Counted from the first letter of the stretch, positions 36,466-49,600 are shown. The stretch: 64,000 nucleotides of DNA from an uncultured bacterium (GCA_963801165.1 CAWDDT010000011.1:288001-352000); one strand, 5' to 3'. Notes: generated from the letters alone by a model not told the origin. Numbers and translations are program-made.

Positions 36466-36813
36466 CTTGCCCCTCATGAGATCGGGACCCGTGACATCGA
36501 CTTCAGCAGCGACGGGTCGAGGATGGCGACGGTCGGAGACGATGGCTACGCCAGGGTGTGGGATCTCGAAACGCTGACGCTGCTCGATGAGATCGAGGTC
36601 GGAGGCCTGCCCACGGCTGTCGCCTTCGCCGAAGATGACACACAACTGGCGGTTGTCACCAGAGCAGGGGGCGTACGCATCTTCGACCTGGAACTCGACA
36701 AAATCCTCGATGAAGCCCAACAACGCCTCCGCCGTGGATTCACCGAGGATGAGTGCCGGGTTTACTTCCCGGACGGGGATTGCCCGACCATGCAGGAAGT
36801 CCTGGCGGGCTAG
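36466..36813 (+). pseudogene. C-terminal remnant of a STAND/WD40 propeller protein
   Basis: HEIGTRDIDFSSDGSRMATVGDDGYARVWD and the ending RGFTEDECRVYFPDGDCP, the same C-terminal motif as the two full-length paralogs. Confidence 0.65.
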
Positions 36814-36856
36814 GTACAGCCTCGGTTTTGCCAACGATTCGGGGGTGCAGAGCCAT

Positions 36857-36874
36857 TTTGACGATCCTTTGACG
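36857..36874 (+). promoter_or_regulatory. Heptamer direct repeat with 11-bp period (candidate SARP site)
   Basis: TTTGACG-atcc-TTTGACG at 36857 and 36868, about 90 bp before the BTAD gene. Confidence 0.55.
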
Positions 36875-36962
36875 TCGCCAGGCGAACATCGGGCTACCGA
36901 TTGCTCTGGAAGGTGGCACGACCGTGGGCACAGCTGGCAGATCTCTCCTGTATGTTCAAAAA

Positions 36963-39900
36963 GTGGAATTCCATGTCTTGGGTCCGATAGAGGTTGTCAC
37001 CGGCGGAGAGCGGCTCGAGCTCGGCGGCCCCAAGCAACGGACCCTGCTGGCGCTCCTGGTAGCGAATGCAGGCAGGCCGATGAGCACGGATGCCCTCATC
37101 GATGGGGCCTACGGTGATGAAGCCCCGGACGGTGCTCGCCGCTCGGTTCAGACCTACATATCAAACCTTCGCTCCCTCATCGGCGACACGATTCGGTCGG
37201 TGCCTTCCGGATACCAGTTCACCCCGATCGATTCCTGGATCGATGCCGACCAATTCGTTTCCCAGGCGGAGAGCGGCCGTGCGCTGATGGAGGAGGACCC
37301 CGCGAAAGCCGGCACCGAGCTGAGGGAAGCACTGGCGCTGTGGCGGGGCCACCCATTCTCGGACGTCGAGGCCCGAGGCCATCTCGACTCCGAGATCACC
37401 CGACTCAACGAGCTGCGGCTCGTTGCGCTGGAGACCCGTATCGACGCCGACCTGGCCGCAGGAAGAGATCGTGAGCTGGTTGGCGAGCTCGAGGCGCTCA
37501 CGGCCGAGTACCCCTTTCGTGAGTCGTTTCGCTCCCAGCACATGCTGGCGCTCTATCGCTCCGGTCGGCAGGCGGACGCCCTCCGGGCTTACACCCGGAT
37601 GCGGGAGGACCTCGTAGAGCAGCTCGGAGTGGACCCGTCCCCGGATCTTCGTCTACTGGAGCAGCGAATCCTCGACCAGGACCCGACCCTGACGCTGTCT
37701 CCTCAGAGCGCAGTGAGACGCAGAGCAGTACTGGTCGTGGACCTGGCCGACATCTCAACAACCGGGCTGGCCGAACCGGATGAGCGCCGCCGGGTCCTCG
37801 CGGACATCGACCGGGCCTTGGAAACCGCGATCGCCGGGGCGAGCGGGGTGTTTGCAGCTCAGCAAGCCACCGCCACCTACAGCACTTTTGATGACGTGCA
37901 GTCTGCAATCAGAGCGGTTGCCGCAATCAGCCGTAGCGTACCGGGGCTCGATGGGCATCCTCTCGTTCGCATGGCTGTCGACGTTGGGCAGGTGGAAGAA
38001 GAACCGACCGGCGCCATCGCCGGACCAGCCGTCATTCGAGCCGCAGGCCTCGTGGCTATGTCGCATCCGGGCCAGGTCCTCTTGTCTTCCGAAGCGCAAA
38101 CGGACATTGCCGCAGATACGGACGGAGGAGCGCTGGTGCGCAGCCTGGGACGTCACCCGATTGCCCGGCTCGAGCAGCCCGAGACCATCCACCAGCTCGT
38201 CATTGACGGCCTTGCCTCCCGCTTCCCGGCGCTGCGCACCGGCGCTGAACCTCCGGGGCTGCCCACCACCGGTGTTGGCGTTCCCGGCTATGAGCTGAGG
38301 GAGGAAATCGGCCATGGCCTCTTCGGCACGGTCTACCGCGGGTATCAACCGTCAGTCGGGCGTGAGGTTGCTATCAAAGTGATCAAGCCCAATCTGGCCA
38401 ACAGCCCCGGGTTTATTCGCCGGTTCGCCGTCGAAGCCCGGATGATTTCCCAGATCGAGCATCCCAACGTGGTTCCCCTGTACGACTTCTGGAGGGGGCC
38501 GGACCGGGCGCTCCTAGTGATGCGACTCATGCGCGGCGGCAACCTAACCGACTGGAGGGAGAGCGGGGAGATGACCCGCGACGTGGCGCTCCGACTCGTC
38601 GATCAGGTGGGTGGTGCGCTGGCGACCGCTCACAAGCTCGGCATCGCCCACGGCGACGTCCAGGCCACCAACATCCTGCTGAACGACGCCGGCGACTTCT
38701 ATCTCAGCGACTTCGGGATCGCCGGCGAGATGCCAATCCTCGGTGGCGAGATGGCGCAGCAGCTGGACGTAGCCGCCTTTGCCTCGATGGTTGCCGCCAC
38801 TATGGGACCGGGTTTGCTCGGCGATGCAGAAGCCGGCGTCCTGGAGGCGGGGCGCCGTGGCGACTTCACCACGGCGGGACAGCTGTTGAGTGCGTGGCGT
38901 CTTGCGGTCGGCGCCGCCGCTGAATCGCCGACCTACACACCCAGCCGAAACCCGTACAAAGGCCTGGTCGCGTTCGGCGAGTTGGACAAGCAGGACTTCC
39001 ACGGCCGTGTTGCAGTAACTGAGGACCTGCTGGCTGCCGTCGCGGCTAAACGTCTCGTGGCCGTGGTTGGGCCGTCCGGCATCGGCAAGTCATCGGTGGT
39101 GCGTGCGGGTTTGCTCCCGGAGCTGCGGAGCGGAGGGGTCCCCGGCTCCGACCGGTGGCTGATTGCCGACTGCATTCCCGGGCCACATCCTTTCGAGCGC
39201 CTGGCCACATCGATCATGCGGGTGGCATCCACGTTCCCGCACGACCTCGAGGAATTGCTGGGTGAAAGCGATCGGGGGCTCGTCAAGACGGTCGACCGCT
39301 ACCTACCTCCGGACTCGCACCTGCTGCTCGTGATCGACCAGTTCGAGGAGCTGTTCACTCTCGCTAGGGACGAGGACACACGTGACCGGTTCCTCCGCCT
39401 GCTCGCCGCATCGGTGACCGATGAGGCGGCGTCGATACGGGTCCTGATCACTGCCCGGTCGGATTTCCTGGACCGCCCGCTGCGACACCCCGCATTTGGC
39501 GAGCTGATCCGACGAGGAACGGTCCTGGTCTCTGCCCCAACCGACGCGGAGCTACGCCTGATCATCGAACGTCCGGCAGCCAGAGTCGGAGTCGACTTCG
39601 AACCGGGTCTCGTCGAACGCATAACCAATGAGGTACACGGCGAGGCCGGGGCACTCCCGCTACTCGAGTTCACGCTCACCGAGCTCTTCGAGCAGCGCGA
39701 CTCGAATCTGCTCACGCTCGACGCCTACCGGTCATCGGGCGGAGTAACCGCCGCGCTGGGCCGCCGTGCCGAAGGTGTCTATTCGAGTTTCCAACCCGAA
39801 GACCATGACATCGTACGCCAGGTGTTCATGCGGCTCGTCACACCAGGCGCAGATGGTCGCGACACTCGAAGACGAGTCCGCGTCTCCGAGCTGGAGCTGC

Positions 39901-42501
39901 TCGACCTCGACGCAGAGACGCTCCAGCTGACTCTGACCGCGTTTGGCAAGCATCGCCTGCTCACCTTCGATCACGACGAAATCACCCGGGGCGCAACGGT
40001 GGAAGTGGCACATGAAGCACTGCTGCATGAATGGCCCCGTCTGGCAAACTGGATCGACGAGCATCGCGAGGAGCTATTGCTGCGCAGCCGGCTCGCTGTC
40101 GCCGTCGCCGACTGGGAATCCTCGGATCGGTCCGATTCGTACCTCCTGAGCCGGGGCCGCCTTGCCCAGCACGAGACTTGGACCACAGGGTCGGGTCTCA
40201 CCCTGTCGCGGGGAGAGCGGGAGCTGCTCGAGTCGAGCCGCCGTGCCGAGGATGAGCGCGCCTTGGCCCGGCGCCGTCTTCGCCGGGCAATCATGAGTGG
40301 CCTGGCTATCGCTGCCGCGGTTGGTGTCGTGTTGTCCGCCGTCGCCTTCAACGCAAGCCGGCACGCCGGTGAGAGCGAGCGAGTTGCTCTCTCCCAGGCC
40401 GCAGATGCCGAGGCAGCCCACGTTGAGGCGCAACAAAGTGCAACGCTCGCTCAGGCTCGAGAGTTGATCCTGGGAGCAGAAAAGGCCACCGCCGGCGATT
40501 CGGAGCTCGGAATCCAACTCGCCATCCGTGCGATTGAGCGTTTCGAAGCGACGGGTGACGTCCCGGGCGAAGCGGTGACCGCCCTCCGCAGCGCAATCGC
40601 CGGCAACCGCGTTGTCGCCAGGTTTCCATCGAGCCCATTCGTTGCAGCAAATCCCGACGGATCCAGCTTTGCCATCGCAAGCCAGGACGGTGGCGTCTCA
40701 ATCATCGATGCAGAGTCGTTCGAGCCGATCGACTCGCTCTCGATCGAAACCGGCCCGGCGGTGTACGCCTCGTACTCCGGTGACGGGGCGGAGATGTTCA
40801 TAGCGGGAATCAACCCGGAAGGTCGAGCGGTTATCTGGGCGGTGGACACGAAAGATGGATCTCGAGAGCTGCTGCCGGGCCCGGCAGGGGGCTTGGATGT
40901 GACCATCGATCTCAATGTCGACGTCAGCGCGACCGGTGACGTGGCAGAGCGTCGGGACGGGGTGCTAACCATGTGGGACCGCGCCACCGGCAATTCGTTG
41001 TTCGAACTCCCGGCAGCCCCGTTTAGCGGGTCCGACTTCGCCCGGGACGGGCGCCTGGCATACGTAGCACTCGACAGCGCCGGTAACCCGACGCTGAATG
41101 TCGTCGACGGGACAACGGGTGAGCAACTCGACAGCATCGCGATCAGCTCCTTTGTACCGAGTTATGTGACCTTCTCGCCGGACGGCCGTCGCGTTGCGCT
41201 GTCGGAGGACACGGGTTGGGTTGGTGTCGTCGATCTCGACACCAAAGACCAGCCCTGGCGCCCGTTCCAGCTCAACAGGGCGAATTACCCCCTATGGAGT
41301 CCCGATGGCTCGAACCTGCTGATCGGTGGGGAGCGGCCGCTCGAAGTTCTCGAAGCAGCCACCGGTCTCGAAGTCACAGAACTGGCTACCGGCTCCGGGG
41401 GCAGCCTGGCGTATGCGTGGGTCCCCGGCTCGGACCTCGTTGTCATGAACACATACGAAGACGACACTCTCGTGCTCGACCTTGCCAGCACATCCCCGGA
41501 AGCTCTAGAAAGCATCGAATCGCCGATCGGCGCCCTCGGGCTGCGCGTGACCCCGGACGGTGAGCGGATCGTCGCCCGGGAAGCGGCGTCGGGCTTCGCT
41601 ACGGTCGACCTGCGGAGCGGAGACGTTGTCTCCGGTGTCGAGCGGCGGGACCCAACGCCGGTGACGCTCGACATTGGCATGTCGATTCTCACCGCCGATG
41701 GTCAGTTCGCTTCCGCTCTCGACGATGACATGCGGTACAAGATCTGGCCGACCACCGGTGGTGAGCCCATCTACACGGCCGAGTCCGGCTGGGTCATCGT
41801 TGGATTGAACGCCGACGCGTCGCTCGCAGTACTCAAGAAGGATCAGGATCCGACTGCGCGGCTGGTCGACACCAACACCAATCGGTTGGTCGCCGAATTG
41901 GACGTGGGACCCTGGCTCCCGTTTGCGACGTTCTCGCCCGACGGTCGCTACCTCATCGGCTCGACCGATGAGACCCCCGATGCCTTCCGGGTGTTCGATA
42001 CCTCCGACGGCTCACTGGTCGCCCAATTTGGCGGCGAGACGAACGAGTACGCGAGGTCTCTGGGTCAGGTTCGTGCCGACAGGCGACACCGTCGTGGTGA
42101 CGACGCCTCGTGGCGATGTCATCATCTTCGACTTCCTCGCAATCCTCAACGGAGCCGCCACCGAGGACGCCATCACCAGAATCATCAATGCCCACGACAG
42201 TTTCGTCTTCGAACCGGCCATCTCGCCGGATGGCACGATGCTGGCGACGAACGCCCAGGGCGAGCCAGCCCGGGTGTGGGACATCGCAACCGGGCGCCTT
42301 CTCGACGAAGTCGGAACGGGCGGATCCAAGGCGGTCGCCTTCGATCCGATAAAGCCGTGGCTCTATGTCGCCGAAGGCAACACAATCACAGCCCACACCC
42401 TCGATATCGACGCTCTCGTTGCGCTCGGTCGTTCGACGCTCACCAGGGATATGACAGCCGAGGAGTGCCAGCAGTACCTGCACGGCCCCTGCGACGCCTA
42501 A
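36963..42501 (+). CDS. wHTH-BTAD / degenerate class III cyclase / shortened Ser-Thr kinase / nSTAND1-type NTPase / TM / beta-propeller protein; one frameshift near 42050
   Basis: FHVLGPIEV..LGGPKQR, ALYRSGRQADAL, GQVLLS, GHGLFGTVY..VAIK..HGDVQATN..DFG, RNPYKGL..F, GPSGIGKSS, IDQFEELF, VAHEALL. The C-terminus continues in the frame of ORF 41923-42501 (RDMTAEECQQYLHGPCDA). Confidence 0.85.
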
Positions 42502-42560
42502 CGGGATTCGCGGCGTGACCAGGGGCGCAGCGATCGCCCGACCATGGAGAACCCGTCGAC

Positions 42561-45500
42561 CTAAGCAACAGGCTCGGCATTCAGCATGTCGTGGACCATA
42601 TCGAAGGCTTCTTCGAGGGTGAGGCCCGTCAGGTTCGCCACCGCCAAGACGATCAAGCAGATCGGCCCAACGCTGAGCCTCTCCGATCTCCTCCCAATGC
42701 TGGAAGCTCGCCTGTGCCATCAAGCCAGGCGCTTCTCGGGCAATCTGACGTGCGTCGTCCACCCGGCCCGTCGCCTCGAACGCCAGCGCAATCGGAAGCA
42801 ACACCTCGAAGAAAGGTGACTCGTGCCACGCCACGAGGTCCAAAGCATCAGCCAGATGGCGATGTCCATCGGCGTCGACTGCGGCAAGCAGGTCTCCGGT
42901 CCACTCCCGGCTCAGAACCAGCACGTCGCGATGCTCATCCGCATAGGAAGCCACACGAACCTGCAGAGGTGCCCTGGCCTCCCCACCGGTCTTCTCTCTG
43001 GCCTGGTGACTGCATTCAAGCGCATCCCTGAGCAGCACCTGATCGTCGAGCCCGATGGCTTCAAAGGCGACGAAGTCCCAGCAGTGCTGTTCCGAATCAA
43101 AGCGGTAGCTGGCACGGTGAAGTAGGGCTGCATCGAGGTACAACCGCACCGCGTCCGCGGAGTTGCCCGTGAGCCGCTTCGTCTCACCCCTGACCTCGAG
43201 CGCGTCGGGATCCCCCAGACCCATGGTCGCCAATGACCATGCCTCGCGCTCTGCCGCCGTCTCCAGTGCCTCGTCAAAACGACCCAGGTCCAACAAGAAG
43301 ATCGCCCGGTTCCAGAGGTATCTGTTCGCACCGGCGACCCCCGCCGCCCGCAGCTGCTCGATCGCTTCATCCAGCAGCTGCAAAGCCGAGGTATCGATCC
43401 CGTCGCGCACTGCGTCCACGACCGCCCGTCGCTGCAGAACTTCTCCTCGAGCCGCCGGGTCGTCCAATGCTTTTGTGATGGCGCCGGCTCTCTCCAATAG
43501 TTCCAAGGCATCGTCGGAGCGCTCGCCCCACAACATCCAAGCAGTATGGGCCAATGCGGTTGCGAGATGGCCGGTTGGTTGTGCTGCCGGGTGGCGCACC
43601 AGTTTCACCGCGCCATCGACAAACGCGGAGACAGCACCTTCGTTCGCAACCCTGAAACCGATTGACGCAACAATCTCGACACCGACGTCCGGTTGATCGT
43701 GGTTGAGAGCCCAGTCGATAGCAGAAAGAACGTCGGAGTGGCGATCGTGAATCCACGCCGCTGCCGACAGCGCTCTGTGCGACCAGATCTCCGCACCGAC
43801 GCGTTGCGACTCAACGGCGATCCACCGAGCCAGACGCTCGCCGACGCCGTCCAGCTCTTCGCCGGCCTCGAGCAGGTACTCGGCATATTGACGGACGGGT
43901 TCCAGCATCCGGTGTCGGCCCGACTCGTCCGTGGGTTGCACCAATGAAACGTCCACCAGACGAGCAAGAACGTCCTCGGCATGAGGGTCCTCCAGCACCG
44001 CCTCAGCGTCACGGAGCTCACACCCCCTGGGAAACACCGACAACCAGCGCAGCGCTCGCTGTTCGGCGTCCTCGAGAAGGTCGTAGCTCCAGCCCAAAGC
44101 CGTAGCGATCGAATCATGCCGCTCGCCTGAGATGCGGGATTTTCTCAACAGGGGGACGAGGTCATCGAGACGCTGCACCAGTCGGTCCAAAGGGATGGAG
44201 CGAGCCCTCGAGGCTGCGAGCTCGATAGCCAACGGCATCCCGTCGAGAGCGGCACACAACTCTTCGACCTTGCCGGAGGCCTCATCATCAAGGTTGGCAA
44301 GGTCGGCGCGATCAGCGAACAACTCAGCCGCAGTAGCAAGGTCCAGGCCACCAACCCGGATGATTGCCTCCCCGGCCAGGCCGAGTGGTTCTCGCGAGGT
44401 CGCAAGAATCCGGGTCTGTGGGCTCGAGGACAGCAGACGGTCGGCGAGCCTGGCGGCGAATTCGAGGTGGGCTTCGCACCCATCCAGGATCAGGAGGTGG
44501 GTGTGGGCTATGAGGAAGCCAACGACGACATCGGATGGGTCAACTCCGGGTGCCGGGGCCAGGCCCAGCGACCTGACCAGTGCGTCGACGATCTCGCCAT
44601 CACCGAGCGTGTCCACCACTACCCGGGTCACCGGATCCCCCCGGTGAACCTCGGCACCACGAGCAGCCTCCACCACCAGGCTCGACTTCCCGATCCCACC
44701 GGGACCGACCACCGTCACCAGACGGTCGGCAGCTATGCGTGCGGAGACTGCAGCGATCTCTTCGGCACGACCGACAAAGCTCGAGTACCGGATCGGTAGT
44801 GAACCGACGGTTGCCACCGAGGGAGTCGCCGCTAGCGGCGAGAGCGAGGGATCTTGCTGGAGAATCCTCAGCTCCAACTCCTGCAATTCCGGCGACGGAT
44901 CCAGTCCCAGATCGTCGGCGAGCTGGTCACGGAACACCTTGTAGCTGGTCAAAGCGTCTGCCTGACGCCCCGCTGCATACAGGGCTCGCATGTGCAGGGC
45001 CCTGATCCGCTCCCGCTGCGGATACTCAGACACCCGGCGATCAAGCTCGCCGACATCGCCGCCACCAGCATCAATCTCGACCCCGATTGCGGCCTCAATG
45101 GCCCCCAACTTCAGCTCGGTCAGCCGGGAAACCTCAGGACCCAGCACCTGATGTCCATCCACGCCCTGGAAAGGCTCACCGTGCCAAAGCTCGAGCGTGT
45201 CTCGAATGGTGGCGGCGGCCTCCACCGGCTCGGTGTCGAACTGCTGGTGAGCGACACGTACACGATCAACAAAGTCGACCGCATCTACCTGACCCCGATC
45301 GAGACGAGCCACATAACCGCTGCCATCTCTAACGATCACCTCCCCCAGAAGCCTGCGGAGATTGGAAACATAAGTCGAGATCGATCGCAAAGCCCCGTCG
45401 GGCACGTCATCACCCCAGACCGCCTCGATCAGCCGGTCGACCGACACCGTCTTACCAGGATCGACGGCCAGCACCGCCAAAACCGTCCGCTGCTTAGGGC

Positions 45501-45567
45501 CACCCAACGACAACCGGACCCCATCAGCCACCGCTTCAACCGGCCCCAACAACTGGATACGCAACAT
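42561..45567 (-). CDS. AfsR/SARP-type wHTH-BTAD + ATPase (NB-ARC-like) + TPR regulator; frameshift near 42625
   Basis: IQLLGPVE..LGGPKQR, SFVGRAEE, GPGGIGKS, LDGCE, LDGMPLAIELAA, WSYDLL. Removing one base gives the ending ...DGLTLEEAFDMVHDMLNAEPVA* at 42561, which avoids a 600-bp overlap. Confidence 0.85.
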
Positions 45568-45678
45568 CCCGCAAACCTACCCGCCAGAAACTGCAAGTGC
45601 CCGAGTCGACGCTGCAACTGGTCGAAACCGTTTGGAGGACGGGCGGTCCTGACTCACAGCCGGGAGAGAACCGGGCTC

Positions 45679-45697
45679 CTTGACAATCCGTTGACAG
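45679..45697 (+). promoter_or_regulatory. TTGACA direct repeat with 11-bp period (candidate SARP site)
   Basis: cTTGACAatccgTTGACAg, with TTGAC at 45680 and 45691. Confidence 0.5.
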
Positions 45698-45840
45698 CTG
45701 TGGCCGATGGTTTTGCAACGACGCGTCGCTCACAAATACGGCGCAGCAGAACAAGAGGTAGGCGAACAACCGACAGACGTCGCCAGCGTGCGCACTCGCT
45801 CTGACAATGCCTCGTCAGCCTGCCGGGAAGGGAGACATCG

Positions 45841-46449
45841 ATGAATTCCATTCGAGTACCCCATAGGAAGGTCCGTCTTTCAATCGGCGTGGTGATCCTG
45901 CTGCTGGTCGCCTTGATGCCTGCCGTGGCATCGGCTGGACTGCATGACCAAGCGAACGAGGTCCTCTCGGGCGCGACCCATGACGCTGGCCACGGCTCCA
46001 TCTGGTCGGCGCTGGCCAGAGTACGCCGTGCCACCGAGCGGTTCCATGATGTCGACGCTGCGATCGAGGCCGGCTACGAGCCTGGCTACGTCAACGGTGA
46101 CGGCATCCGGATCATCGCCGGATGCATCGCAGACCCGGTCGCCGGCGCCATGGGGTATCACTACTTCAACAAGCAACTCATAGACGACCTCGAGGTCGAC
46201 CCGTTGAAGCCGGAAGGCCTGCTGTACGAACAAAGGCCCAACGGGGAACTGAAGCTAGTCGCCGTGGAGTGGGTCGTGCCGGGCGCCGGCGCCAATCCCC
46301 CCGGTGTCTCGGAGGCACCGAGCGTGCTCGGGATGGAAATGCACATACTGGTCCCGGCCGTCGGGTGGTACATCCAGCACGCATGGATCTACAAACACAA
46401 CCCTTCGGGCGTGTTTTCCGACTGGAACCCGCTGGTCCATTGTCCGTGA
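45841..46449 (+). CDS. Secreted His/Cys-conserved hypothetical protein
   Basis: Signal peptide; ATERFHDVDAAIEAGY, CI..GAMGYHY.N, PEGLLY, LVAVEWVV, HAWIYKHNPSGVF..WNP.V.C. Confidence 0.82.
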   Translation: MNSIRVPHRKVRLSIGVVILLLVALMPAVASAGLHDQANEVLSGATHDAGHGSIWSALARVRRATERFHDVDAAIEAGYEPGYVNGDGIRIIAGCIADPVAGAMGYHYFNKQLIDDLEVDPLKPEGLLYEQRPNGELKLVAVEWVVPGAGANPPGVSEAPSVLGMEMHILVPAVGWYIQHAWIYKHNPSGVFSDWNPLVHCP

Positions 46450-46487
46450 GCCACGAGGTGGCTACCCGAGCCGCAACTTGACACGGG

Positions 46488-46517
46488 AGGGGGCGAGCCC
46501 ATGTGGGCTCGCCCCCT
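46488..46517 (+). terminator. Intrinsic terminator
   Basis: AGGGGGCGAGCCC-ATGT-GGGCTCGCCCCCT followed by TTCT. Confidence 0.75.
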
Positions 46518-46680
46518 TTCTGCGTGCACCTGAGAAGATCGTCGGGCTGTTGAACTGTCCGGCGGATCAGCGCCAGACACCGTGTCGATGGACGAGGGAA
46601 GGAGCTTGCGTTCCAAGAACCACGCTTATCTCGGTATCCGCCCTATCCCCGCAATCAGTCGCGAGCCGAACAGGGTGCGC

Positions 46681-49600
46681 TCACGCGTCCCCACGTAAGG
46701 GGCAGGTGTCCAGGTGGAGGAACGTCTGGCACTCCGTATCCGAAAGCGACCGAGTAACCCGCTCCCTCGCGATCTCGACCAGTTGGTCCGTGTCGAGGGT
46801 ATAGGTGAGCAGAATGCCGCCTTCGCCCAGCAGCGTCACGTAGGGGTCATCGGGATGAAAAAAGATATAGGGAATCCCGGCTACGAGGTTCGGGTCAAGC
46901 GAAGCCACCGGAGATCCGTCGCTGGCATCCCAAACGGTAACCGGCTCGTTTGAGCGAGAGGTCGTGGCGACGAAGCGGCCATCCGGGCTGGCAACGTGAC
47001 CTGGTTCCACCACGAGTCCTGAGGTCGCGAAAGCGCTCCAGATTGCCGCCTCAGGCAGGCTCTTACCCGCCTTGAGATCATCGAGTCTTGCCTGCCAGAG
47101 CGTGCCGTCGACGTCGACGATAGATATCGTCTGCCCGTCGGGCATCACCCGCACCGACACCCAGTCGTCGCCCTCCAGAACCAGGTGCCCGTCGTCTGCG
47201 GAAAAGATCGGGCCACCCCAGTCGAACACAAGGCGACCGTCGTAGGAGTAGAAGGGAAGCTGAATGTATTCGGTATCAAGCTCGGCAATGACTTCGCTCG
47301 TGGCCATGTTCACGATCTGGTACGGGCCGAACGCTTGTTTCCCGTCATCGGCCCGAGGATTAATCACTACGTCTCGATCCGTCCGGTGAGACCGTCCGAA
47401 CCACAAAGCCCTCCGGCGGTTCGTACAGCACGCTGCCGGTGGCTAGATCACGCACGCTCGACGATCCGTCGGTCGTGTTGGCAACCACCACCGGTCCTTG
47501 AACCCAGGTCTGGATACTGTTGAAGACAGACACAACCGGGTTCTCTACCTGCCAAATCGTCTTGCCGGTAGCCGCCGCGACGATGCGAGCGGAGGGAGGA
47601 GTCTCCGTTGTCGCTGATGAATACTCCGTCCGGAAAAGGTGCATATACCACAAAATGCGCTTCTCTGCTCCAGAATCGAATCGTGAGATCTCCGCAACAG
47701 GTCCGGCCTGTGTATTCCAGACAACAGAAGTATCGTCCCGTTTTCCTGAGGAGACCAGAGTTCCGAACCCGGGACCGAAGCCAAGGACCAGACTGGCCCA
47801 ACGTGGCCACCATTCAGCACCTCGAGGATCCCGCCAGCATCTGCACCAAGGAGCGTTATCCGCCCTCCGTCGCTGCCAACGGCGAGGCGACCGCTCGGCA
47901 ACCACTCGACCCCGGCGGGTCGATCGACCGTCGCTCGCCAGATCTCCTTGCCCGAGTCAGTCTCATAAGCTCTAACGGTGTTGTCCTCGTGAAAGGCGAC
48001 AACGAGGTTGTTGCCGTCGGGCGAGGAGCCATAGCTCCATGGCACATACGGCAAAACGAGCGTATTCACCTCTGCCCCATCACCCATATCGAAGAAGTGA
48101 AGGGCGCGGCCGTCATGATCTGTCAACACAAGTTCGTTCGTACCTGCGACAAATACCGGAGCACCTTCGAGGGGAACTATACGCTCGAGCTCGCCGGCGC
48201 CGGCCGACCAGACGTGGACACCGTCGGCCAGAGTCGCGGCTACGAGGTCACCCGAGTCGTCCCACGCCTCGAGCGGCTCTAAGCCGGAATTGGACACCGC
48301 CGGACCGTCTAGGTGCAGGTTTGTTCCGCCATCCAAATCCATGATCCACAAGGGCGTGTCGCTGACTATCCCAGACGATACCGAGCTGTCGGCCAACGGG
48401 TGAGAATTCGGCGGCGATCGAATAGCCGTCCGGTCGCTCGAATACGTCAACAATCTCCCCGGAATCGACCTCCCGAACGATGACACCGCCGTCGGGGCTA
48501 CCGCTAGCTAGCAGGACACCATCAGCGCTCACGGTCACGAACCCGCCCCCCTCGAAACGATCAACGACACGATCAGCGGCCACCGCCCTGTGCAGTGCCG
48601 TCGTCATGTCGACGAGATCGATCCCTGCTCCCCGGCCAAGCTCTACCGCCTCGAGCGCCAGCAGCACACTCCGTTCGGGGTCGACCTCAAGTTGAGTAAT
48701 AGACCGCGCAGCCAGTTCTCGTGCAGATCCGGCGTCCTGCGCCCTCTCGGCGCGGTTGCGCTGCAACGTCGCCACCACACCGAATAGGCTGGCGAAGACC
48801 GCGGCAGCTGCAAACCCAGCGAGCACCCGCCGACGGCCCTTCCGTCGTTTGTTCCGCTCGGTTTCCCTCCATGCTGCACTCCCCCTGAGGAGGTCACGTT
48901 CCGCTGATCCGAGCGACAGATCGGTCGTATCCGCCCAGTCATTCAGCTGGGCAAACCGGCTCCCGGTCAGCAGCAGGGAATCGTGCCTGCCCGACTCCTC
49001 CCAATCGTCCGTTGCCTCGAGCAACCGACGACGTGCCCGCAGGTCGCTGCGACGTTCCTCGATCCAGTCGACCAGCCGCTCCCATTCGGAGAAGATGGCC
49101 TCATGCGCCACCTCCAAAGTGGGACCGCGGGTTATCGGGTCTCGGTCTGATGTGAAAAGGCGGTGGGAGCGAAAGGCAGCAGAGACGGCGTCAACATCGA
49201 CCGGCTCCAGCCCTAGGCGATGGAGCTCAGCGACTCGCACACGGCGCTTGGTCACCCTCCCGGCGTCCGGGAGCGTAAGAAGACGGAGAAACACCTGCCG
49301 GGCCGATTCGCGCGATGCATCGTCGAGTGCCTGGTACGTCGATTCAGCCCGTCGGCCGAGGGCACCACGCACTCCACCCGACTCCTCGTAGGCGGCAACC
49401 TCAACAGCGTCTGATTTTCGGTCCCCAAACAGCTCGCTCAGCGAAAACTCGAGCAAGGGAAGCGCTCCGACCTGATCTTTCACATCGGCGACCATGCGCT
49501 CGACAAGACCCTCCTCAAAGTGCACTCCGACCGCCTTGGCAGGGACAGCGATGATCTCCCGCAAGTTCTCCTCGGTTGGAGCAGCGATCGGCACTGTCGA

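Noticed and set aside
41953-42560. 600-bp antisense overlap between the two convergent regulators
   Set aside because: It results from frameshifts near 42050 and 42625; the corrected genes end at 42501 and 42561 without overlap.
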